A stretch of DNA of 59,013 nt from contig JAWOHL010000045.1 of assembly GCA_046485185.1 (NCBI GenBank), positions 1 to 59,013 of the forward strand, written 5' to 3'. The DNA is from Candidatus Fermentibacteraceae bacterium (GTDB taxonomy: Bacteria > Fermentibacterota > Fermentibacteria > Fermentibacterales > JCC-6). The notes below the pieces were generated by a model. It ran no database searches, had not been told where the DNA came from, and saw nothing but the letters and a program-made list of their open reading frames with translations. Shown here one piece after another: positions 17,476-26,411 of the stretch (the stretch's first letter is position 1; every line of letters begins with the position of its first letter). Position numbers and translations under genes: made by a program.

Positions 17476-20312
17476 ACAAAGCGAGTAACGATCCGCTCAA
17501 GGTCGCTGTCCGGACGGACAGGCTGCTGGCTGCCATGGTTTCAGCCGCTGCGCTGATCGTGTACGTACTGACCCTTGCGCCGACGGTCAGCTTCTGGGAC
17601 AGCGGAGAGTACATCACATGTTCGTATGTGATGGGCATACCCCACCCTCCGGGTGTGCCTTTCTTTGTTCTCATGGGGCGTTTCGGCACCCTGATCTTCG
17701 GGTTCATCCCCGAGATCGCTGCAAGGGTGAACCTTCTCTGCGGTCTGGCAGGAGTTGTTTCGGTCGGGCTTATAACCCGTCTCGTTCAGCGGTGGTGTAA
17801 CCGCCTGCGCTTCGAGAGCGGTTTCTACAGACCCGTGTCGGTAACGGCGGGTCTTCTTGCCGCTTTCAGCTACACCATCTGGCGGAACAACAACTCAACC
17901 GAGACTTACGCGATGGCTCTAATGCTGAGCATGCTCATCCTCTGGGTCTTCGACATGTGGATTGAAAGAAGGTTGAGGGGTGTTGCGGCAGGCAGGCACC
18001 TCCTTCTGGTCGGCTACCTCATGGCCCTGTCCATAGGCAATCACCTGAGCGCTCTGATCGTGGTTGGTCCCATCGCTCTGATGTACCTTCTCTACGCGTT
18101 CCGGGGCTGGGCGCACGAGTGGAGAAAGCCCGGCTTCATCCTGAGCTTCGCGGGCCTTCTGATGCTGGCTTTCAGCATTCACCTCTACATGCCCATCAGA
18201 GCGATCCAGCAGCCCGAGGTAAACGAGACCAATCCCTCGAGGTTCACGGAATTCAGTGACGCTCTGGAACGGAAGCAGTACGGCCAGGTCTCCATCTTCG
18301 AGCGCAAAGGGCCTTTCATTGAGCAGTTGGCCCTCTTCGGCGAGTACCACTCCTGGCAGGTTGGCCGTCCCGAAGCGTGGCAGCGGGCTCTCGGGCAGGG
18401 CGGTCAGCTCCCCGGAACCACTCTCTGGATCGTCATGTCCATGGCAGGGCTTCTGGGCCTTGTCGTTCTTGGCGCGAGAAGACCCGACCTCCTGCTGCTC
18501 GTGGGGGGAACCTTCTTCATGGCCAGCTTCGCCTTCGTGGTTTACCTGAACTTCAAAACGGGACCCGAGGGCACCCTTCTGGGGGAGGTCCGCGAACGCG
18601 ACTACTTCTTCGGCGCGTCCTTCGCCCTGTCCGCGATACTCGTGGCTCTCGGGGGAGGCACCCTCATCCGGTTCCTGGGGGGACGAAGGTCCCTGTGGGC
18701 GATGCTTCTCATCCCGTTGGCTGCAATTCTGGTCAACTGGCACTTCTGTGACCGGTCCGGCGATTTCGTCGCCCGCGACTACGGAGTGAACCTTCTCGAG
18801 AGCTGCGCACCCAACGCGGTCCTCATAACCAACGGCGACAACGACACATTCCCACTCTGGTTCGCCCAGGGAGTGCTCGGGGTGAGACGCGACGTTGTGG
18901 TTTCCAACCTCAGTCTCATGAACACTCCATGGTACACCCATCAACTGATGGCCCGTGATTCCCTTCTTCTGAGCTATCCCGTGCCACTGGTGGACTCGCT
19001 CAGGCCTGTTTTCATCTGGGGTCCCAACTTTTTTCATGTCTCGTCCGAGGGCATGCCAGAAACGGACATAACCGACAGGGATATCCTCGACCTTACGTTC
19101 ACCGGATCGTGGCCCTGGAACGTGTCATCCGGTGACCTCTGCATCGCCGTGCCTTCAATGGGTCTTGGCTCACAGGGGTCACTGGCCATGCAGGACCTTC
19201 TTCTTCTGGACATGATCAAGAGGGTTCCAATCCACGGCAGACCGGTCTACCTTGCCGGAACGGTCTCCCGGGACAACAGGGTGTACATCGAGGACTATCT
19301 GCTCATGGAAGGCATCGCCTACAGGGTCATGGACACGCCCCAGGTATCCCAGATCGACCCGGAGAGGTCATGGTCACTCGTGAACGGCTACCGGTACACC
19401 GGTCTCCAGGATCCCGGCGTGCACAAGGACGACCAGGCCGTACAGATAGCCAGGAACTACATGGGGGCATGGAACGCCCTGGCCAACCACTACCTGGCCG
19501 TGGGAGACGCACAGGGCGCCCGCATGGCCCTCGACGGGGGAGCGGCTATCTTTTCCGCAATGCCGGAGGAGTGGATGCTGATATTACCGCTCCATATCTA
19601 CGCTGAAGCCAGGCTCATCGGAGGCGTCGACGGCCCTGAAGCCGCCGCCGGCTACCTTGTGGCAATGGCGGATTCTCTCATGGCCGGCCATTCCGGCGCT
19701 GGCATTCAGGATTTCGGCCGTCAGCTGCAGATGCTTTCCGATGAACTTCTTCAGCAGGGAGCGCTGCTTTCATTCGCGGATTCCATATCCGACGGAACTC
19801 CTTTAGAGGAATGGCTTCTCATCGAAGTGGAACTGGCCTTCGGCAACTTTCTCGGCGCCCGGAACAGGTTCGCGGGCGTACAGTTTGCGCATCCCTCCGA
19901 TCCGGCGCTCCCACTCATGAGCAGAACCCTGGACACATTCACCGCCGACCTCAGTTCCTCGGGCGGGATCTTCCCCCAGGAGACCGCTTTGGCAGAGGTC
20001 CTCTCATTCATGGAAACCTCTCCCGAGCCCACATCTGACGACATCACGCTAAGAATGGCTGATCTGGCTTCCGCGGGAAGGCCCATGACCGCAGCCTGCT
20101 TCGGAAGCGTTATGGCGTCACTCTACCCCGGCTCGGGCTTTGCGGCCTTATCCTACGCATCCCGGATACTCGAGAACCCCGATGACCATGTCAGGCTGGC
20201 CTACTGGTATTCAATGGCTTCCCGCAGCCTGCCCGAAGGGGCGCTCGCAGAATTGTGCAACGCGTCAGGTCTCCCCGAGATTGCCCAGGCTCTCGGCATG
20301 GAACGGCGGTAG
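17472..20312 (+). CDS. DUF2723 / TMEM260-like GT-C membrane glycosyltransferase with long periplasmic C-terminus
   Basis: LAPTVSFWDSGEYI..GIPHPPG, ETYA, NHLS, VRERDYFF, GDNDTFPLW, NLSLMNTPWY, EGIAYR; many TM helices. Confidence 0.88.
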   Translation: MNKASNDPLKVAVRTDRLLAAMVSAAALIVYVLTLAPTVSFWDSGEYITCSYVMGIPHPPGVPFFVLMGRFGTLIFGFIPEIAARVNLLCGLAGVVSVGLITRLVQRWCNRLRFESGFYRPVSVTAGLLAAFSYTIWRNNNSTETYAMALMLSMLILWVFDMWIERRLRGVAAGRHLLLVGYLMALSIGNHLSALIVVGPIALMYLLYAFRGWAHEWRKPGFILSFAGLLMLAFSIHLYMPIRAIQQPEVNETNPSRFTEFSDALERKQYGQVSIFERKGPFIEQLALFGEYHSWQVGRPEAWQRALGQGGQLPGTTLWIVMSMAGLLGLVVLGARRPDLLLLVGGTFFMASFAFVVYLNFKTGPEGTLLGEVRERDYFFGASFALSAILVALGGGTLIRFLGGRRSLWAMLLIPLAAILVNWHFCDRSGDFVARDYGVNLLESCAPNAVLITNGDNDTFPLWFAQGVLGVRRDVVVSNLSLMNTPWYTHQLMARDSLLLSYPVPLVDSLRPVFIWGPNFFHVSSEGMPETDITDRDILDLTFTGSWPWNVSSGDLCIAVPSMGLGSQGSLAMQDLLLLDMIKRVPIHGRPVYLAGTVSRDNRVYIEDYLLMEGIAYRVMDTPQVSQIDPERSWSLVNGYRYTGLQDPGVHKDDQAVQIARNYMGAWNALANHYLAVGDAQGARMALDGGAAIFSAMPEEWMLILPLHIYAEARLIGGVDGPEAAAGYLVAMADSLMAGHSGAGIQDFGRQLQMLSDELLQQGALLSFADSISDGTPLEEWLLIEVELAFGNFLGARNRFAGVQFAHPSDPALPLMSRTLDTFTADLSSSGGIFPQETALAEVLSFMETSPEPTSDDITLRMADLASAGRPMTAACFGSVMASLYPGSGFAALSYASRILENPDDHVRLAYWYSMASRSLPEGALAELCNASGLPEIAQALGMERR

Positions 20313-20315
20313 CCC

Positions 20316-20870
20316 ATGGAAAACCTTTTCCGGGCCACGACTGTCATCGGCATGGTTCGCGACGGCAGGGCCGCCATGGCCTCCGACGGCCAGGTGACAC
20401 TGGGGGACACAGTGGTCAAGCAGAACGCAAAAAAAGTGCGTCTATTGTGCGGAGGGTCAGTTCTCGTAGGTTTCTCCGGGGCCGGCGCCGATGCCTTCGC
20501 ACTGGTGGAGAGGCTCGAGGAGAAACTCGACGGTTTCAGGGGCAACCTTCCCAGGGCCGCTGTTGAACTCGCCCGTGAATGGAGGTCGGACCGTTACCTT
20601 CGCGAGCTTCAGGCAATGCTGGCCGCCGTTGATCGAAGTCACGCCCTGCTCATCGGCGGATCGGGGGAGGTCGTGGAGTCACCGGACGGGATAGTCGCCG
20701 TGGGTTCAGGATACCCATACGCACTGGCAGCGGCCAGGGCACTGGACAGGCACACCAGGATGGGTCCGGGCAGGATCGTCCGGGAAGCCATAAGCATTGC
20801 CTGTGACATCTGCATCTACACCGGAGGCAGCATCCAGTCGGAGGAGATATGTCCACAGCCCGAAGCCTGA
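20316..20870 (+). CDS. hslV: ATP-dependent protease peptidase subunit HslV
   Basis: ATTVIG, DGQVTLG, GFSGAGADAFAL, WRSDRYLR, GSG, DICIYT. Confidence 0.96.
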   Translation: MENLFRATTVIGMVRDGRAAMASDGQVTLGDTVVKQNAKKVRLLCGGSVLVGFSGAGADAFALVERLEEKLDGFRGNLPRAAVELAREWRSDRYLRELQAMLAAVDRSHALLIGGSGEVVESPDGIVAVGSGYPYALAAARALDRHTRMGPGRIVREAISIACDICIYTGGSIQSEEICPQPEA

Positions 20871-22159
20871 CGCCAACCGAGACCGTTCAGTGGCTGGACA
20901 AGCATGTGATCGGTCAGACAAAGGCGAAGAGAACGGTTGCCATCGCCCTCAGGAACCGCCACAGGAGGAAGATGGTGCCCGAGCCGGTGCGCTCCGAGAT
21001 ATACCCTTCGAACCTGATAATGATGGGCCCGACCGGTGTGGGAAAGACTGAGATAGCAAGACGCATGGCCACCCTTGTAGGCGCTCCGTTCGTGAAGGTC
21101 GAAGCAACCAAGTACACCGAGACCGGCTATGTCGGCCGTGATGTGGAAAGCATGGTCCGCGATCTCGTGAGGCAGGCGGTCAACCTGTCCGCCGGTATGG
21201 CCCGCGAGGCCAAGTTCACCGAGGCCATGGCCCGGGTCAACGCCAGGCTCACCGAGGCCCTCCGGAAATCGGGGGACGACTTCGGCTCCGATGCTGAACT
21301 GCATAGGATGCTGGAAAGCGGGATCCTCGACGCAAGGGAGATCGAGCTTTCCGTATCAGAGAAACCCACGCTCGAGGTCCTTCCCATGATGCCCGGGATG
21401 GACAACTCCGCCGGCGAACAGCTCAAGGGAATGTTCGAGAAGATCATGGGCCAGCGCAGACGCAGGGCGAGGCTTTCGGTATCCGAAGCCAGGGCCAGGC
21501 TGATGGACGAGGAGACATCGCTGCTTCTCGAGGGCGGCGATCACGTTCAGGAAGGCCTCCGCCTGGCGCAGGAAGAGGGCATAATCTTCATCGACGAGAT
21601 AGACAAGATCATTGGCGCGGACGGGGGAGCGGGGCCCGATGTTTCCCGGATGGGAGTCCAGAGGGACCTTCTTCCCATTCTCGAGGGCTGCACCATCGCC
21701 ACCAGGTACGGTCCCGTGAAAACCGACCACATCCTCTTCATTGCGGCGGGTGCTTTTCACGGAAGCAGCCCCTCCGACCTGATACCCGAGCTTCAGGGAA
21801 GGTTCCCGCTGCGGGTGTCGCTCGATCCGCTGGGCAGGGATGAACTGCTTCGCGTACTTACTGAACCCGAGGGCTGCCTCCTCAAGCAGTACACCGAACT
21901 TCTCGCGGCGGACGGAGTTCACCTGAAGCTCGAACCTGAAGCCTGCGCGGCTGTTGCGGAAACCGCTCAGATACTGAACCAGGAATTGGAGGACATCGGG
22001 GCAAGGCGCCTCAGACCCGTTCTTTCATTCCTTCTGGATGATTATCTTTTTGGTGCTCCCGATGTTTTCACAGGAAAGGCCCGCATAACGGGAAAGGTCG
22101 CCCAGGATAAACTGGCGGGTCTTGTTGAAAGGCGGACTGAAGATAACTATATTCTGTGA
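20849..22159 (+). CDS. hslU: ATP-dependent protease ATPase subunit HslU
   Basis: GPTGVGKTEIARR, KVEATKYTETGYVGRDVESM, IFIDEIDK, GVQRDLLP, ELQGRFP, IGARRL. Confidence 0.97.
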   Translation: MSTARSLTPTETVQWLDKHVIGQTKAKRTVAIALRNRHRRKMVPEPVRSEIYPSNLIMMGPTGVGKTEIARRMATLVGAPFVKVEATKYTETGYVGRDVESMVRDLVRQAVNLSAGMAREAKFTEAMARVNARLTEALRKSGDDFGSDAELHRMLESGILDAREIELSVSEKPTLEVLPMMPGMDNSAGEQLKGMFEKIMGQRRRRARLSVSEARARLMDEETSLLLEGGDHVQEGLRLAQEEGIIFIDEIDKIIGADGGAGPDVSRMGVQRDLLPILEGCTIATRYGPVKTDHILFIAAGAFHGSSPSDLIPELQGRFPLRVSLDPLGRDELLRVLTEPEGCLLKQYTELLAADGVHLKLEPEACAAVAETAQILNQELEDIGARRLRPVLSFLLDDYLFGAPDVFTGKARITGKVAQDKLAGLVERRTEDNYIL

Positions 22160-22195
22160 ACTTTTACCGTTCGCGTCTTTCGAAACGGAGGGCTG

Positions 22196-22774
22196 ATGCA
22201 CCGCTCGGGTAACGATGTCGCCTACAAGATCGTCTACTATGGCCCCGGTCTTTCGGGCAAGACAACGAACCTGAGGGGGATCAGGGATCTCGTTGCCCCC
22301 GAGAACAGGGGGCGTCTGGTAACGCTTTGCACAAGGTGCGAACGAACGGTGTTCTTCGACTTCCTTCCGGTGAACTTCGCCCGCATCGGAGACACCAGGG
22401 TCAAACTTCACCTTTACTCTGTGCCGGGGCAGGCCTACTACGCCCTGAGCCGCAGGGTCATCCTCGACGGCGTCGACGGGATCGTGTTCGTGGCCGACAG
22501 CCAGAAGGAACGCACCGAGGCCAATCTGAACACCATGGACGATCTGGAGCACAACCTCTCCTCGTACGGGCTCGACGCCGGCCGGATTCCGCTGGTCCTT
22601 CAGTTCAACAAGCGCGACCTTCCAGGGATCATGCCCGTGGAACAGATGAGCCGCGACCTCAACAGGCACGGATGGCCCACTGTCGAGTCCGTCGCCCTGG
22701 GCGGCTCAGGACCGACGGAAACTCTGAAGGAGATCGCCAGGGTGATGGCCAGGCGCCATGGCGCGCTGGTCTGA
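22196..22774 (+). CDS. mglA: MglA-family small Ras-like GTPase (copy 2)
   Basis: KIVYYGPGLSGKTTN, ERTVFFDFLP, LYSVPGQ, GVDGIVFVADS, QFNKRD; GGAGG RBS. Confidence 0.9.
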   Translation: MHRSGNDVAYKIVYYGPGLSGKTTNLRGIRDLVAPENRGRLVTLCTRCERTVFFDFLPVNFARIGDTRVKLHLYSVPGQAYYALSRRVILDGVDGIVFVADSQKERTEANLNTMDDLEHNLSSYGLDAGRIPLVLQFNKRDLPGIMPVEQMSRDLNRHGWPTVESVALGGSGPTETLKEIARVMARRHGALV

Positions 22775-24914
22775 ACCTTTTTCCTCCTCCATAGCCCGTT
22801 TCGCGACCCTTTTCCTTTTCATGGGCGCTGCGCTGGCTTTCAGGGCGTTTTTTTCCGTCCAGGTAATGCCCCCTCCGCTTCTGATGCAGGGAGAGGCGAC
22901 CCAGGCCTACAGGTATTCCGCAATGATCTCACGGGGGGAGGGGATTCCCCGGATCGATCCCATGTCCATGCACCCCGGGGGCTTCCAAACGGGGCAGAAC
23001 AGCATATTCGAAGAGTACATCGCCGGTGGCCTCCACAGGGTTTTGGGAGGGGACTTCGACCGTTTCATGCGCCTGTTCTGCCTGGTGTTCCCGCTTCTTG
23101 CCATTCCCGGCATCTATCTGTGGACGGGCGCCGCTGGGTTTTGCCGGCGGACCGCCCTGTCGGCATCAGCTCTGTACGGAATCCTCCTTCCCGCCATCCT
23201 CAGGGCAAGGGGGGAAAGCCTTTACCGCGAGACGGTCGCCCTGCCCCTTATCATCTTTCTGGGATGGACCCTCGAACGTGCCCTGAGGACTGAGTCCGGA
23301 AGGCTGCGCCCGGCCGTTGCATCCGGCCTTCTTCTTTTTGCGGCCCTGGCATCCTGGAAGGTAACGGGGTTCCTCGCCTTGTTCATCTTCGCGTACCTGC
23401 TCTTTTCCCGAAGCGTTCCGAGGGATCCCGCACTCATCGTTCCCCTTGGCGCCGCACAGCTTCTGGCAAGCCTGTTTCTCTCCCACATGAGGCACGACAC
23501 GGCAATTTTATCGCCCGCGTCGATCCTTGCAGTTGCCGCCATGCTTTCGTGCTTCGCCCCGGCACGGCTGCGAAGGGCGATCCCCTGGGCTGGTGTCCTG
23601 GCGGCCGTCGCGGCGGCGGTGCTGCTTCCCGGCGAAGGCGGTCATGTGACGGCTGTTGCATTGGCCAAGATAAGGTTCCTTTTCAGGCACCCGGCCGATC
23701 CACTGCTTCTGTCCCCTGATGCCCGACTGTTCTGGGTCGGGGGCTACACGAGCCCCACTCCGGGCGAGTTCATCTGGCTCTTCGGTCCGCTTGTCCTTGC
23801 GGCAATACCCGGGATCGCCCTCTTTCTCAAACAGGCCCGGGGCCGCCTGATGGTCCCTTTTCTCTTCGTCTCCATGGCGGGTTACCTCTTCTTCGACCGT
23901 TTGCACGTCTTTCTGGCGGTGGCGCTGGCGCCGATCCTGGCGCTTTATGCCCGTAAAAGAGCCCTTCTGCCGGTCGTTTTTATATTGGCGGGGGCGCACT
24001 CGGTTTTCGCCCCTTCACTGGGACAGCGGCTTTCGGAGGCGGGGCTTTCATTCCGCCCCGGCGCATCCCTTCTCACAGATAACGAGGTGGACGGTTATCT
24101 CCGGTGGGTCAAAGCATCATCCGACTCCACCGGGGCCTTCCTGGCGTACTGGCACGTCTCAGGTCTGACCAGCGCGTACGGGGAGAGGCCAACGGTCCTT
24201 CACACGTTCTTCGAGAACCGTCTGAACCGTGACAATATCGTGGAGTTCTCGGCAGGGCTCTTCCAAACCCCGGAGGAACTGGTCTCCTTCATGGAGGAGA
24301 AGGAAGCCCGCTACCTTGTGTACCAGGCGGATTTTCTGCTTGACCTCTCATGGCAGGGCGCTGCTTACCTGGGAGGGGTGACCGCCCCACACGACTCGTC
24401 CGCCGCTTTCCTGATGCACTACATGCCGGAGCACCTGGAACGCCTTGCCCTTGTCTGGCAGGGAGCATCCATTCGCGTTTTCGAGCTCGACGGCACTGCA
24501 GTCACCCTGCCACCCAACCCCCTGTTCATTCTCAGGTACAAGCCTTTCTTTGACTATGAGACCGCCCTCGGTTACATATCCGATCCTGTTGGGACGGCCC
24601 TTGCGCTCGGCTCCTCGGGCCTTGCGCACCGCGACCCAAATGCCGCATCCGCCGCTCTTCTGATGCTGTCTGAAAGCCCGGCCGATGTGCCCGCCCAGGC
24701 ATCCGTCGGCCTGCTGCAATTTCTTGTTGAAGCCCATCTTGCTGGTGCTTATCACATTCTGGACCTTGAGGGGGATTTCGAGGCCTACCTTGCGGCCTGG
24801 GGTCCCGACCGCGAGGTGAGGCTTGACCTGGTGCGTCTTCTGGAACGGGCTGGTCTTCGGGACAGGGCCCTTCACCAGTATGGGCTGGCTTTTGAGGAAG
24901 GAGGTGCCCTGTGA
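22758..24914 (+). CDS. GT-C fold membrane glycosyltransferase, DPY19-like (C-mannosyltransferase-like)
   Basis: Polytopic; collinear DPY19-like motifs QGEATQAYRY, R..ESLYRETVALP, SWKVTGF, GHV....AK, DRLHVFL, WVK..S, GERPTVLHTFFEN..NR; no WWDYG. Confidence 0.65.
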   Translation: MARWSEPFSSSIARFATLFLFMGAALAFRAFFSVQVMPPPLLMQGEATQAYRYSAMISRGEGIPRIDPMSMHPGGFQTGQNSIFEEYIAGGLHRVLGGDFDRFMRLFCLVFPLLAIPGIYLWTGAAGFCRRTALSASALYGILLPAILRARGESLYRETVALPLIIFLGWTLERALRTESGRLRPAVASGLLLFAALASWKVTGFLALFIFAYLLFSRSVPRDPALIVPLGAAQLLASLFLSHMRHDTAILSPASILAVAAMLSCFAPARLRRAIPWAGVLAAVAAAVLLPGEGGHVTAVALAKIRFLFRHPADPLLLSPDARLFWVGGYTSPTPGEFIWLFGPLVLAAIPGIALFLKQARGRLMVPFLFVSMAGYLFFDRLHVFLAVALAPILALYARKRALLPVVFILAGAHSVFAPSLGQRLSEAGLSFRPGASLLTDNEVDGYLRWVKASSDSTGAFLAYWHVSGLTSAYGERPTVLHTFFENRLNRDNIVEFSAGLFQTPEELVSFMEEKEARYLVYQADFLLDLSWQGAAYLGGVTAPHDSSAAFLMHYMPEHLERLALVWQGASIRVFELDGTAVTLPPNPLFILRYKPFFDYETALGYISDPVGTALALGSSGLAHRDPNAASAALLMLSESPADVPAQASVGLLQFLVEAHLAGAYHILDLEGDFEAYLAAWGPDREVRLDLVRLLERAGLRDRALHQYGLAFEEGGAL

Positions 24915-25735
24915 GTTTCGAGTTCACGAAGATGAGCGGCGCCGGAAACGACTTCATTGTTCTGGACAGCACTGACAACCCCGGTTCCCGGGGGCCTTCC
25001 CGCGACTTCATCGCCGGGGTCTGCCGCCGGGGGCTGGGGGTGGGCGCTGACGGGCTGCTCGAACTTCTGCCACCGATGGGCGGTGAAGCCTTCCGCATGA
25101 GCTACTTCAACTCGGACGGGGGCCGGGCTTCAATGTGCGGGAACGGGGCCAGGTGCATCTGCACTTTCGCCTTCTCCCGGGGGCTCGTGAAGATGGGGGA
25201 GCCCTTTGATTTCACCTCCGACTCCGGTCTGCATCACGGGCTGGTGCTGACACCCGATTCCGCCAGGATATGGATGACTGAACCGACTGTTTCGTTCCTC
25301 GGCAAATCCCTGGGTCCCGGTATGAGTTGGCCCGTGAGCCTTGTGGACACGGGCGTCCCTCACGCGGTGGTCCTTCGGGAACGGCTTGACGACGGCACCT
25401 TCGAGAAGATGGCGCCCGTTCTCAGGCGCCACACCGGGACCGGCCCCGCTGGCGCCAACGCGAACTGGGCAATGGTGCTGCCCGATGGTTCCCTTTCCCT
25501 CAGGACGTTCGAGCGGGGAGTGGAGGGGGAAACCCTGGCATGCGGCACCGGCGCGGTAGCCGCAGTTCTGGTCTGCCTCGAAACGCTGCCCGGTTTCACT
25601 TTGCCGGCCTCTGTCCGCGTGGCCAGCGGGCTCTCTCTCACCGTGGGTCGTGACGGCCGTGGATGGTGGCTTTCAGGCGAGGCCCGGGCGGTTTACAGGG
25701 GGGTTCTGCTTCCCGAAAACGAACCCGAAGCTTGA
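24911..25735 (+). CDS. dapF: Diaminopimelate epimerase
   Basis: FTKMSGAGNDF, GVGADG, NSDG..SMCGNGARC, TGVPH, RTFERGVEGETLACGTG. Confidence 0.97.
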   Translation: MSFEFTKMSGAGNDFIVLDSTDNPGSRGPSRDFIAGVCRRGLGVGADGLLELLPPMGGEAFRMSYFNSDGGRASMCGNGARCICTFAFSRGLVKMGEPFDFTSDSGLHHGLVLTPDSARIWMTEPTVSFLGKSLGPGMSWPVSLVDTGVPHAVVLRERLDDGTFEKMAPVLRRHTGTGPAGANANWAMVLPDGSLSLRTFERGVEGETLACGTGAVAAVLVCLETLPGFTLPASVRVASGLSLTVGRDGRGWWLSGEARAVYRGVLLPENEPEA

Positions 25736-25760
25736 CGATGGAGCCCCCTGTGAATATCTA
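25732..25760 (+). promoter_or_regulatory. Possible promoter for tRNA-Gly
   Basis: TTGACG - 17 nt - TATCTA, 16 nt upstream of the mature tRNA 5' end. Confidence 0.4.
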
Positions 25761-25776
25761 TCCCGAGCTTTCCGGA

Positions 25777-25852
25777 GCGGGCATAGCTCAGTTGGTAGAG
25801 TGTCAGCTTCCCAAGCTGAATGTCGCGGGTTCGACCCCCGTTGCCCGCTCCA
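25777..25852 (+). tRNA. tRNA-Gly (anticodon CCC)
   Basis: Acceptor GCGGGCA/TGCCCGC, D-arm TAGCTCAGTTGGTAGAG, anticodon arm TCAGC-TTCCCAA-GCTGA, T-loop GGTTCGAC, discriminator U, encoded CCA; 76 nt. Confidence 0.97.
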
Positions 25853-25880
25853 AGCCTTTCCCCATACGGGAGCAGTACAC

Positions 25881-26411
25881 ATGATCTTTCTTGCCTGCAT
25901 CCTGCTTTCCACGGGATCCGACGCCATCTGGCTGCTCAGGGCGGGTTTCGACGCCGGGTCTACGAGCTCCCATTCCACGAACGTGCACGTCTACCAGAAC
26001 ACCGGCGGAAGGGTTCCGGAAGATCCCTCTAAGCTGCCGCTCGAGACTTCCCTGCTCATCTGGAACGGAGACCCGTACGGCGCCTCGGTACAGTGGATGA
26101 TAGGCGGCAGGGATGTTCCGGCCACCCGGAACGACCTTCTGGGAGCGATGGTCTGGTTTGGCAGGTCACTGCTCACTACACACCTCGGCCTTGGTTACAC
26201 CCCTCCCGCCGACATGGTTGACAGCAGGTATCCGACACACTCTGCGGTGGTCCTTCAACTGGGCTGGATGGCCGGAATGCCCGATGGCCTTTTTCACCCC
26301 GAGTTCAGGCTCGGCAGGGCCGATCTGAAGCTTCTCGGGCTTCCGGACGCATCAGCCGCCCACGCGGGAAGGTCGGCCATCGATGCACCGGTAGAGGCCA
26401 TGTTCAGATGA
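25881..26411 (+). CDS. Exported hypothetical protein with an SLH-like motif
   Basis: ATG at 25881 after GGAG; hydrophobic N-terminus; LGWMAGMPDGLFHPEFRLGRAD resembles an S-layer homology repeat. Confidence 0.55.
   Translation: MIFLACILLSTGSDAIWLLRAGFDAGSTSSHSTNVHVYQNTGGRVPEDPSKLPLETSLLIWNGDPYGASVQWMIGGRDVPATRNDLLGAMVWFGRSLLTTHLGLGYTPPADMVDSRYPTHSAVVLQLGWMAGMPDGLFHPEFRLGRADLKLLGLPDASAAHAGRSAIDAPVEAMFR

Noticed and set aside
22758-24914. STT3/PglB N-oligosaccharyltransferase
   Set aside because: WWDYG motif absent (AYWHVSG at that position); motif order fits DPY19 better
25650-25880. 5' extension of the 25650-26411 ORF across the tRNA
   Set aside because: Overlaps dapF and tRNA-Gly; a better ATG with RBS lies at 25881
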